From positions 1-50,711 of the forward strand of contig NW_021834197.1 in NCBI RefSeq assembly GCF_006345805.1: a DNA stretch of 50,711 bases. Reading direction: 5' to 3'. The translations under genes and the position numbers were made by a program. Below the pieces are notes generated by a model. It was not told the DNA's origin. It ran no database searches and saw nothing but the letters and a program-made list of their open reading frames with translations. This document shows positions 1-11,088 of this stretch, one piece after another (within the stretch, counting starts at the first letter, position 1; every line of letters starts with the position of its first letter). Origin of the DNA: Octopus sinensis (taxonomy: Eukaryota).

Positions 1-985
1 AATAGAATAATAATAATAGAATAATAATATAATAAGAAGAAGAAGAAGAAGAATTGGAAGAAGAAGAAGAAGAATAAGAAAGAAGAAGAAGAAGAAGAAT
101 TGGAAGAAGGAGAAGAAGAAGAAGAAGAAGAAGAAGAAGAAAGAAGAATTGGAAGAAGAAAGAGAAGAATAATAATAATAATAATAAGAAGAAGAAGAAG
201 AAGAGGAAATGTTTTTCGAAGTCCAAGGACTTGAAGCAAACATAAAAAGAATGCCAGAGAGAAGATAAAATGAAAGTTGGAGGTCGAAGTAAGACTAAGG
301 GATCGAGAAAGAGATAGAGTGAACGTTAATACTTTTTGAGAGCGGGAAAGAAAGAGAGGGTGAGAGATACAGTAAATGTTCATGCCGTAGAGAGAGAGAG
401 AGAGAGCGTGAACGTAAATGCTAGAGAAAGAGGGAGAGAGAGAAATAGTAATATATGAAGGGAGAAAGCGAAGGACAGAAAAAGGGAGAGAGGAGATAAA
501 TGACTGAAAGAGATAGATAGAGAGAGGGGAAAGAGAAGCAGAGAGACAGAGAGTGGGAAAGAAAGTAAATGAGTGAGTGATTGAGAGACTGATAGAAAAG
601 GTGAAAGGAAGTGAGTTAGAAAGAGAGAGTGGATGAGAGAACGTGTAGATGAAAGAGAGAGAGATAAGAGAACGTGTAGGTGAAAGAGAGAGAGAGAACG
701 TGTAGGTGAAAGAGAGAGTGAGATAAGAGAACGTGTAGGTGAAAGAGAGAGTGAGATAAGAGAACATGTAAGTGAAAGAGAGAGAGAGAGAGATAAGAGA
801 ACGTGTAGGTAAGAGAGAGTGAGATAAGAGAACGTGTAGGTAAGAGTGAGAGAGAGAAAAGAGAGAACGTTAGTAGGTAAGAGATAGAGAGAGAGAGAAA
901 GTACGACAGACAGAACGTGAGAGAGAGAAGGTTGGGAAAAACTCAGAGAGAGAGAGAGAGAGGAAGGGGAGGGAGGAAGAGAGCA
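1..985. repeat. (AAT)n/(AAG)n then GA-rich polypurine tract containing a ~30-bp minisatellite (AGAACGTGTAGGTGAAAGAGAGAGTGAGATAAG-like, about 8 copies, 637-880)
   Basis: Read directly from the sequence. Confidence 0.9.
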
Positions 986-997
986 AACGTAAACGAG

Positions 998-1354
998 TGA
1001 CGTAGTGAGTGTGAGTGTGAGTTGCGACTAAAAGCGGGCAGATGTTGGACGTTGAATAATGAAAGTTCTAGACGAGACTTTGTATGACATCATTGCGAAG
1101 TCTCTTCCGGTGACGTATGTAGGGGGAAGAGAGAGAGAAAGAGGAAGGAGGGAAATAGGTAACAACCTTAGCAAACACACACACAAACACACACATACAT
1201 ATACATATATACATACATGCATGCATACATACACACACACACACGCACGCGCGCGCGCACACACACACCAGCCGCACACACACGCGTATTTTGCAAGAAC
1301 TCCGTAAACTTGCGCTAAATAACTTAAATATAGCGCATTCTGAGACCTCTGTGT

Positions 1355-1397
<43 letters not shown>

Positions 1398-1665
1398 GCA
1401 CACATACACACGCACACACACTCACATACACACACATGCACACATACACACACTCACATACACATACACACACACACATATACACTAGTAATACGAGTAT
1501 GTTGATGCAAGCATGAAAAATGGAACTCAAAATATGATGTATATTTTATTTGTATTAATGTTTAGCAGAAGTAAGAGTGACTCAGGGTCCGAGAGTTTCG
1601 AGTGTTGGCACTTACCACACTAGTCTGAGAAGTGCGAACGCACGAAACTGCCGGACCTTGAGTCA
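998..1665. promoter_or_regulatory. Putative distal bZIP (CRE/AP-1) element cluster
   Basis: TGACGTA at 998 and 1111, ATGACATCAT at 1084-1093, TGACTCA at 1578-1584 and TGAGTCA at 1659-1665, in CpG-containing unique DNA between microsatellites. Confidence 0.4.
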
Positions 1666-1689
1666 CTCTATTACGTACGCTAAATATCA

Positions 1690-1726
<37 letters not shown>

Positions 1727-1730
1727 ATAG

Positions 1731-1762
<32 letters not shown>

Positions 1763-1852
1763 ATATAGATATATATATATATATATATATATCATATATA
1801 TATATATATATAATATTATATATATATATATATATGTATATATAATTATATG

Positions 1853-1903
<51 letters not shown>

Positions 1904-2289
1904 ATATATAATCTATATTTATTTATTTATTTATATGCGTATGTATGTATGTCTGCATTATATGTGTATACATTCATAAATACATATGCTTATATATATG
2001 TGTACGTGTGTGTGTGTGTATATATATATTATATATATATATTAGAGGTGTACTTGCATAGCAAGTGACCTGATCTGAGATTGTGCGCAAAAACAAAAAC
2101 AATTGCAGCGTGGAAGGTGTTTATGAGCCATTTAAAGATGCACAGAAGCCGTTAGGTTCACTTCAACATTTAAATTTAATTTGCCAAAATATTTTCGTCA
2201 CTTTGAGACCACAACCTGTTCACTGACAAAATTCCGAGCTGCATCTATATACATACATACATACATGCATACATACACACACACACACG

Positions 2290-2356
<67 letters not shown>

Positions 2357-2379
2357 GAATAAATAAATAAATAAATGGA

Positions 2380-3322
2380 GTTGAACGAAGATGTTAACAA
2401 AATTCCTTTACTCTCAACATATGTTTCGAAGACAACATGGTTTTATTCCAAAGGAATAAACAGTGCAAGATGCAATCTTCTCATCAGGAAATAAAGGGAA
2501 CCTCTCTCAACAACAAAACAAAACAATAATTGCGATGACTGCCTACATGGTAAACAGAACGTTATTAAGTGTTTAAAAAAAACCGTTAGTAGAATTGAAG
2601 TCAAAGTTAGATAGTAGGAAGAGAAGGGTTAAAGGAATAATAAGTAGGGAACAAATAGAGAGGGAGGGGTACGTTGATTAAAAGAATGTTCAAAGGCTTA
2701 GAAAAGAATTTCTCTATTGAAGTGGAGTGCATGTTAAGCTAATTGTTCAAACTATAATGACTATCGAAATCATTTATATGAGTAAAATGTATGTTTCTGC
2801 CAGTGTTTACATTTGTGTGTATACAAGGGGATCCTTAGAGAAGAGAATATGGAAGAGTTCAGAGTTGCAAATGTTACAAAATCTCCTGCCCTTATCGAAA
2901 GGAAAGGATACGGACAGTATGAACCAATCTAACTTAAAATCTATATTGTCTTTAAGACGCCAAACTAATTTACTTAGCCCTGTACTAGGTCGTTTTTTAC
3001 TATCCCTAAATGATGAATAATGGTTTGAAATTCTCTTGGATAACTGGGAAGTGGACGCACCTATATAGAAGAAGACATTGGTACCGGAAGAAAGTTTTAC
3101 ACTGGTATATAGAATTCTTGATCTTAGAATTACTAGACAAAAATTTAATTCTGTTGGGGGTTGTCCTCAGAGATCGAAACCAAGTTTTTATTGCTATGGT
3201 TGTTGTTACTATTATTCTTACCACCACCAACAACACTATTCCTATTATTATTAGCATTATTATTGGTAATACAACTAATAATACTATCAACAATAATACC
3301 GTTATTAATATTATTATTATTA

Positions 3323-3360
<38 letters not shown>

Positions 3361-3715
3361 ATTACCATTGTTATTAACACGACTTTTACTATTACTATTA
3401 TTATTAATATTATTCTTATTATTATAATTGTATGAGGGGTTGGAATTAGCAAGATTAATGCTGGAACTCCCGAGTGAAGAACCTTTATTTAGCAGCTTGG
3501 TATTGTGAGAAGATATAATTTGTGAGGGATTCTTAGTGTTAGAGAAAGCGATTCTAACTATGTGGGAATTGATAATAGAATAATATCTAGAACTTTTGGG
3601 AAAGTTCCTAGCAACAGCTTCACGGAACTCCAAGGGAAGGTTCGATTTGATTTGTTTTCCGAAAGGTATTAATAAAATTATAAGTTTAAATTATTTAAAT
3701 AATTTTTTTTTTTAA
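2380..3715 (-). mobile_element. Penelope-like retroelement (PLE) 3' fragment: RT-EN linker, Asn-rich insert, GIY-YIG endonuclease, 3' end with hammerhead; frameshifted
   Basis: The minus strand reads IPFGKQIKSNLPLEFREAVARNFPKSSRYYSIINSHIVRIAFSNTKNPSQIISSHNTKLL, then poly-Asn. After a frameshift it reads KNSIYQCK. After a +1 shift in an A4 run near 3095 it reads LSSGTNVFFYIGASTSQLSKRISNHYSSFRDSKKRPSTGLSKLVWRLKDNIDFKLDWFIL...CNICNSELFHIL. This is the IY/YIG/R..H/W.LK/C..C..E pattern of PLE endonucleases. Confidence 0.85.
2403..2500 (-). ncRNA. Type I hammerhead ribozyme motif (PLE-associated)
   Basis: Minus strand: uucccuuuauuuc-CUGAUGA-GAAGA...UCUUC-GAA-ACAUAUGU-U/gagaguaaaggaa. The core is intact, stem II has 5 perfect bp, stem III is palindromic, the triplet is GUU and stem I is about 12 bp with bulges. 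Confidence 0.8.
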
Positions 3716-3745
3716 CTTTACACTAATATATATACTTATATATAT

Positions 3746-4155
3746 ACTCTTTTACTCTTTACTGTTTCAGGCATTGACTGCGGACATGCTGGAGCACCAC
3801 CTTTAGTCGAGCAAATCGACCCGGGACTTATTCTTTGTAAGCCCAGTACTTATTCTATCGGTCTCCTTGCCGAACCGGCTATGGGACGGGGACGTAAACA
3901 CACCAGCATCGGTTGTCAAGCAATGCTAGGGGGACAAACACAGACACACAACACACACACACACACAATATATATATATATAAATACATATATACGACAG
4001 GTTCTTTCAGTTTCCGTCTACTAAATCCACTCACAAGGCATTGGCCGGCCGGGGCTATAGCAGAAGACACTTGCCCAAGATGCACGCAGTGGGACTGAAC
4101 CCAGGAACCATGTGGTTGGCTAGCAAGCTACTTACCACACAGACACTCCGCGCCT
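3746..4155 (-). mobile_element. tRNA-headed SINE family A, full length
   Basis: Family head has A-box TGGCTGTGTGG and B-box GGTTCAGTCC, then CCTTGGGCAAG (CORE-like), an internal (TA)n/(CA)n and a tail ...GCAGTCAAATGACTGAAACAAGT(AAAAGAGT)n. Many near-identical copies occur in the window; this one is somewhat diverged. Confidence 0.85.
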
Positions 4156-4175
4156 ATATATATATATATATATAT

Positions 4176-4250
<75 letters not shown>

Positions 4251-4775
4251 TATATAAGTATGCTGGATGTATGTATGCGTGTATGCTTTAATTCTTAATA
4301 GCTTTCCTCTTGAAATCTGCGGCCATGCTGGGGCACCACTGTTGGTTGATAGATAAAAAGTAGAGTAAGATAATATGAATGTGTGTGTGTGTGTGTGTGT
4401 TTACATGAATGTGTTTATATTTGTGTGTGTGCGTGTGTGCATACTTATATGTGTATGTGTGTGTGTGTTTGCATACTTGAGTGTATGTATGTGTGTACTT
4501 GAGTGTGTATGTATGTGTATGTGTATACTTGAGTGTGTGTATGTGTGTGTATGCGTATACTTGAGTGTGTGTTTGTGTGTCCTTGTGTGTTGTCTGTGTG
4601 TATGTATGTATATATTTGAGTGTGTAGGTGTGAGTGTGTGACTGAAGCAAGAATCAGATTAAAAATACACACACACACACACACACACATATACATGATG
4701 CCTTCTCCTATTGGAAATGACTGATTGGAAATTAAGGATTTCCTCAATTTTTTTGCCAAACAACCGGAGCAAACA

Positions 4776-5351
4776 CAGGAGCAGCTGTGTGGTAAGTAGC
4801 TTGCTTACCAACCACATGGTTCCAGGTTTCAGTCCCACTGCATGGCACCTTGGGCAAGTGTCTTCTGCTATAGCCTCGGGCCGACCAAAGCCTTGTGAGT
4901 GGATTTGGTAGACGGAAACTGAAAGAAGCCGGCATATATATATAGGCGTTGGAGGGGTTGGTGGTATGTGGTAAGTAGCTTGCTTACAACCACATGGTTT
5001 CCAGGTTTCAGTCCCACTGCATGGCACCTTGGGCAAGTGTCTTCTGCTATAGCGGGGCCCCCAAAGCCTTGTGAGTGGATTGGTAGACGGAAACTGCAAG
5101 AAGCCCGGTATATTATATATAGGCGTTGGGTGGGTTGTGTGGTAAGTAGCTTGTTACCAACCACATGGTTCCAGGTTTCAGTCCACTGAATGGCACCTGG
5201 GCAAGTATCTCTGCTATAGCCTCGGGCCGATAACCAAAGCCTTGTGAGTGGATTTGGTAGACGGAAATGAAAGACCCAATGTATATATTATTATATATAT
5301 ATATGTATATATATATATATTATATATATAATATATTATATGTATATATAA

Positions 5352-5390
<39 letters not shown>

Positions 5391-5552
5391 TATAGGCATC
5401 GGAGTGGCTGTGTGGTAAGTAGCTTGCTTAACCAACCACATTGTTTCAGGTTCAGTCCCATAGTGTGGCCCTTGGGCAAGGTCTTTACTATAGCCTCGTA
5501 AGTGGATTTGGTAGATGGAAACTGAAAGAAGCCCACCGTATATATGTATGTG

Positions 5553-5587
<35 letters not shown>

Positions 5588-5645
5588 TTGTCTCCCCCAC
5601 CATTGCTTGACAACCGATGCTGGTGTGTTTACATCCCCGTAACTT
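4776..5645 (+). mobile_element. Four head-to-tail SINE-A 5' halves
   Basis: Heads start near 4776, 4945, 5120 and 5395, separated by (TA)n. Confidence 0.85.
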
Positions 5646-5699
5646 ATAGCAACCAAATGTTTTTGCTGTACGTGAGCTTAGGCCTTCCATCAAAGTGAC

Positions 5700-5840
5700 A
5701 TGGCCTGTAAAGGCACATAGAGAGCCACATATCAGATGTGAAATGAAGTATTTTTCTCAAGAATACAACACACCGCCCAGTCCAGGAACTGAAACTATGA
5801 TCTTGCAATCCTGAGTACGACATCCTAACCACTGAGCCAC
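5700..5840 (-). mobile_element. Degenerate tRNA-headed SINE fragment (other family)
   Basis: Reverse complement starts GTGGCTCAGTGGTTAGGATG...GTTTCAGTTCCTGG (A/B-box-like). Confidence 0.5.
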
Positions 5841-5857
5841 TGTTATTCTTTCATTTT

Positions 5858-6878
5858 TATTTCTTTATTGCCCACAAGGGGCTAAACCTAGAGGGGACAA
5901 ACAAGGACAGACAAAGGGATTAAATCGATTACATCGACCCCAGTGCGTAACTGGTACTTATTTAACTGACCCCGAAAGGATGACAGGCAATGTCGACCGT
6001 GGCGGAATTTGAACTCAGAACGTAACGACAGATGAAATACCTATTTCTTTACTACCCACAAGGGGCTAAACACAGAGGGGACAAATAAGTACAGACAGAT
6101 GGGTTAAGTTGATTACAGTGACTCCAGTGTGTAACTGGTACTTAATTTATCGACCTCAAAAGGATGAAAGGTAAAGTTGACCTTGACGGAATTTGAACTC
6201 AGAACGTAGCGGCAGATGAAATACCTATTTCTTTACTACCCACAAGGGGCTAAACACAGAGGGGACAAATAAGTACTGACAGACAGGTTAAGTTGATTAC
6301 ATTGACTCCAGTGTGTAATTGGTACTTAATTTATTGACCCCGAAAGGCTGAAAGGTAAAGTCGACCTCGACGGAATTTGAACTCAGAACGTAGCGGCAGA
6401 CGAAATACCTATTTCTTTACTACCCACAAGGGGCTACCCACAGAGGGGACAAACAAGGACAGACAGACAGATTTAGTCAATTATATCCACCCCAGTGTGT
6501 AACTGGTACTTATTTAGGCGGCGAGCTGGCAGAAACGTTAGCACGCCGGGCGAAATGCTTAGTGGTATTTCGTCTGCGTTACGTTGTGAGTTCAAATTCC
6601 GCCGAGGTCGACTTTGCCTTTCATCCTTTCGGGGTCGATAAATTAAGTACCAGTTACGTACTGGGGTCGATGTAATCGACTTAATACCTATGTCTGTCCT
6701 TGTTTGTCCCCTCTGTGTTTAGTCCCTTGTGGGTAATAAAGAAATAGGTACTTATTTAATCGACCCCGAAAAGATGAAAGGCAAAGTCGACCTCGACGGA
6801 ATTTGAACTCAGAACGTAGCGGCAGGCGAAATACCGCTAAGTATTTCGCCCAGCATGCTAACGATTGTGCCAGCTCGT
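5858..6878 (-). mobile_element. SINE family B multimer: one head plus four 184-bp bodies
   Basis: Units start at 5858, 6042, 6226 and 6410 (period 184). The head lies at about 6835-6878. The body contains GCCTTTCATCCTTTCGGGGTCGATAAATTAAGTACCAG, resembling Deu/Nin-type central SINE domains (inference). Confidence 0.9.
6517..6746 (+). mobile_element. Full-length SINE-B nested in opposite orientation inside the multimer
   Basis: Flanked by the direct repeat GGTACTTATTTA at 6505-6516 and 6747-6758 (12-bp TSD). Confidence 0.9.
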
Positions 6879-7136
6879 TTCTGTCATTCTTTTATTCTGT
6901 TATCCATTTATTCTTTTACTTGTTTTCAAGGGTTTTAATTGAATAAATCGACCCTGGGACTTGTTTTTCTGAAGCCTAGAACTTGCTTAGAAACTGGTGA
7001 GTGTTGGTGACAGGAGGAACGTCCCAATTGTAGAAAATATGTCCCAATAAAGTAAATGCCATCTGACCCATGCAGGCATGGAAAAATGGATGTTAAAATG
7101 ATGATGCATCCATGTGTGAATATGAGTAAAGGGATG

Positions 7137-7806
7137 AGTAAGTGAGCCAGATCATGAGTGTGTGTGTACATAACTGGGATAGATCATGAGTGTGTGTGTT
7201 GTGGGGGGGTGTACGTGTGTGTGTACGTGTGTGTATGTGTGTGTGCATGTGTGTGTGTGCACATAACTGAGACAGATCATGAATGTGTGTGTGTGTGTGT
7301 GTATGTTTACCTAACTGAGATAGATCATGAGTGTGTGAGTGTGTGTGGGCGTGTGTGCATGTACGTGTGTGTGTACGTGTGTGTATGTGTGTGTGCATGT
7401 GTGTGTGTGTGTATGTTTACATAACTGAGATAGATCATGAGTGTGTGAGTGTGTACATGTGTGTGTGCATGTGCGTGTATGTGTGTGTGTACATATCTGA
7501 GATAGATCATGAGTGTGTGAGTGTGTGCATGTGTGTGTATGTGTGTGTGTGCATGTGCGTGTATGTGTGTGTATGTGTACATATCTGAGATAGATCATGA
7601 GTGTGTGAGTGTGTGTGTACGTGTGTGTGTGTGTGCATGTGTGTGTACGTGTGTGTGTGCATGTGCGTGTATGTGTGTGTATGTGTACATATCTGAGATA
7701 GATCATGAGTGTGTGAGTGTGTGTGTACGTGTGTGTGTGCATGTGTGTGTATGTGTACATATCTGAGATAGATCATGAGTGTGTTCATGTATGCTTGTGC
7801 ATATGC

Positions 7807-7838
<32 letters not shown>

Positions 7839-7990
7839 GTGTGCGTGTTTGTGTGTGTGCATAGCCAAGCCAGAGCATGAGTTTGTGCATGTGTCTGTGT
7901 GCATGTATGTGTGTGCATGTATGTGTGTGCATGTGTGTGTGTGTTTGCGTGTGTACATAACTGAGCCAGATTATGAGTGTGTGTGTGGAC
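7137..7990. repeat. (TG)-rich minisatellite with constant core ACATA(A/T)CTGAGATAGATCATGAG, about 11 copies
   Basis: Cores near 7168, 7262, 7309, 7420, 7491, 7579, 7687 and 7757, plus degenerate ones at 7140, 7860 and 7955. Confidence 0.9.
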
Positions 7991-8096
7991 ATGTACATGT
8001 GTGTGTGTGTGTGTGTGTGTGCCAGTGACAGAGGGAGAACAAATGACTACATATATGTGTGCATGTGTGTGTACATATACAATATGTGTGTATATA

Positions 8097-8476
8097 CTCT
8101 TTTACTTGTTTCAGTCATTTGACTGCGGCCATGCTGGAGCACCGCCTTTTAGTCGAGCAACTCGACCCCGGGACTTATTCTTTTGTAAGCCCAGTACTAT
8201 TATCGATCTCCTTTTTGCCGAACCGCTAAGTGACGGGGACGTAAACCACACAGCATCGGTTGTCAAGCGATGTTGGGGGGACAAACACAGACACACAAAC
8301 AATATACACACACACACATCCTCCAAGTAAGTTTTAGCTTGCTAACCAACCACATTGTTCCACGTTCAGTCCCACTGCGTGGGCACTTGAGCAAGTGTCT
8401 TCTGCTATAGTCCGGGCCGACAATGCCTTGTGAGGGATTTGGTAGACGGAAACTGAAAAGAAGCCGTCGTTATATG

Positions 8477-8513
<37 letters not shown>

Positions 8514-8870
8514 GTATGTGGTGTTTGTGTGTCTGTGTTGTCCCCCTAGCATTGCTTGACAACCGATGCTGGTGTGTTTATGTCCCGTTACTTAGCGGTT
8601 CGGCAAAAGAGACCGATAGAATAAGTACTGGGCTTACAAAAAAATAAGTCCCGGGGGTCGATTTGCTCGATTAAAGGCGGTGCTCCAGCATGGCCGCAGT
8701 CAAATGACTGAAACAAGTAAAAGAGTAAAAAGAGTAAAAGAGTATATACGACGATATATGAGTGTGTTTGTTAACATGTTCATGTCAACATATAGGTGCA
8801 GGAGTGGCTGTGTGGTAAGTAGCTTGCTTCCCAACCACATGGTTCCAGGTTCAGTTCCACTGTGTGGCAG
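8097..8870. mobile_element. SINE-A cluster: 3' half (-) 8097-8310, near-full copy (+) 8326-8745, head fragment (+) 8795-8870
   Basis: Matches the other SINE-A copies. Confidence 0.85.
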
Positions 8871-8959
8871 CCCTTTGTGTGTGTGTACGTGTGTGTGCTT
8901 GTGTGTGTGTGCGTGTGTATGTGCTCATATGTATGTGTGTGTTTGCGTGGATGCGTGCT

Positions 8960-8990
<31 letters not shown>

Positions 8991-9261
8991 GCTCATATGT
9001 GTGTATGTGTGCGTGTGAGTGAGTGTTTGTGTAGATATGGGCTCATGCGTGTGTATGTGTGTAAATGTGGTGTGTGTGTGTGTGTGTGTGTGTGCGTGAT
9101 GCTGCCAGAGCTGAAGAGGGAGGGGGAACTGAAGTGTGTGATGGGAGGGATGGCGTGAGGAGTAAGAAAAAATATATAAGAGGAGGAGAGAAGGGGAGGG
9201 AGGAGATAAAAGTTGAAAGTTCACAAAGATTTTTCTCGAGAAACAATTACTTTATTTTGCT

Positions 9262-9292
<31 letters not shown>

Positions 9293-9364
9293 ACAAAGTC
9301 GTTGCCCCAGCAAGGCCGTAACCGTGATGTCATGGAAAGAAGCTGGAAAACTGGAGAGATGAAC

Positions 9365-9511
9365 TTAAGGTGACAAAGACGATGATGATGATGGTGATGG
9401 TGGTGGTGGTAGTGGTGGAGTCAGTGATGATGATGATGGCAGTGGTGTTGTTGATGATGGTGGTGGTGATGAGAGTAGTGGTGTTGAAGGTGGTGGTGGT
9501 GGTGGTGGCAA

Positions 9512-9543
<32 letters not shown>

Positions 9544-9760
9544 TTGATGATGATGATGGTGGTGGAGTCAGTGATGATGGTGATGGCGGTGGTGTTGTTG
9601 ACGATGATGATGATGGTGGTGGTCGTGGTGGTGAGGGTAGTGGTGTTGAGGGTGGTGGTGGTGGTGGCAATGACGGTGATGACGATGATGATAACGATAA
9701 CGATGACAATGGTGACGATAATGATAATGATGATAAATGATAATGATTGCAGTGACGAGG
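9365..9760. repeat. (GAT/GGT)n trinucleotide low-complexity block
   Basis: Read directly from the sequence. Confidence 0.9.
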
Positions 9761-9959
9761 ATATGTTTAAATAAAATAGAAGTTCGGCGGGGAAAGAACG
9801 TCTGTAAAATGAGAGAACGCGTATGTGTGTGTATGTGTGTGTGTGTGAGCGTGTGTGTGCGTGTGTGTATACGTGCGTGTGGAGGAGTGGTAGCGTGTGA
9901 ATGAGAGCGTGAGTGAATGAATCCTTGAGTGAGAGGGTGTATGTGTGTGTGAGCGAGTG

Positions 9960-10620
9960 AGTGAGAGTTTGAGTGGAAAAGTAAAAGAGTTATTTATAGA
10001 CGTAGATAATATTTGTGTATATATTTATATACAGAAGGGACGAGTGAGAGAGAGAGAGAGAGAGAGAGGCAGATAGCAGACAGAGAGGGAAGAGAAAAGG
10101 AGAGGGAATATGAGAGGAAATGGCGAAGTAAAAAGAGTGAGAGTTTTGTACTGAGAGAGAGGGAAGACATACACAGAGAGAAAGTAAATATAAATAAAGA
10201 GAGAGAGAGAGATAAATGGATAGATAGATAAAAAGAGTAAGAGAGAGTGTGTGTGAGAGGAGTGGTAGAAGGAAATTTGAGTGCGAGCTAGGCGGAGAGA
10301 AGGGGGGAAATAATGAGTAAGAGAGCGAGCGAGCGAGGCGGAGAGAGAGAGAGAGACAGAGAGAGGAGGACAGAGATAAAGAGAGAGGAGGGCAGAGATA
10401 AAGAGAGAGGAGAACAGAGATAAAGAGAGAGGGGTTGGTGAAACGTTTAAGTGGAAGGGTGACGAATGCGGGAGGATGAGGAAGGGGAGGAGAAGCGAGG
10501 ATGAGGTAATAGGTTGCTTTTAACGTCAGCTGGGAAGTTTTTCTCTTCAGAGCAACTGGCAAGGCCAGGCTATACACATCGTGAATAGAGCGCAGCGTGT
10601 AGATTCGTTAATATATATAT
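9960..10620 (+). promoter_or_regulatory. Possible DUSP10 promoter region: GA-rich tract followed by CpG-containing unique segment
   Basis: GAGA repeats, GAGTGCGAGCT at about 10279 and a CRE variant TAACGTCA at about 10521, upstream of the coding exon. No TSS evidence is available. Confidence 0.3.
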
Positions 10621-11081
10621 ATTTATACATAAACATATATATATATATATATTTATACACACACACACATATACTCATTTTTACACGCACAATTTTGGAA
10701 AGAAAAAATATAGAGAAACAGCGCTTATACCAGAATAAGGAGATTTAATTAACAATTTATTTTATATACATACATATATAATATTTTATATATATATTAT
10801 TGTATATATATATATATATAGATATATTTATTCCTAAATAGACCATCCATACACACAAAAGTCGTATGATTTAACAGTATTAAGATAGAAGGTGAAAAGG
10901 CCCAAAGTCCTTAATATTTTATGTTAAACAAAGTAAGTTTATATTTGTAATATATTTAAATATACATACATACGTATATATATTTAGTGTTGTATATATA
11001 TAGTTTAAAGTGCATATCTTCTAAACTTTTTTTGTTTTGTTTGTTATTGAACTATATACAAAGTAACGCACGCACCAGCCG

Positions 11082-11088
11082 TGAGTCA
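11082..11088. promoter_or_regulatory. Perfect AP-1 site TGAGTCA about 950 bp upstream of the ATG
   Basis: Motif match only. Confidence 0.35.

Noticed and set aside
7137-7990. CRISPR-like repeat-spacer appearance
   Set aside because: The spacers are related low-complexity TG sequence, the context is eukaryotic and there are no cas genes.
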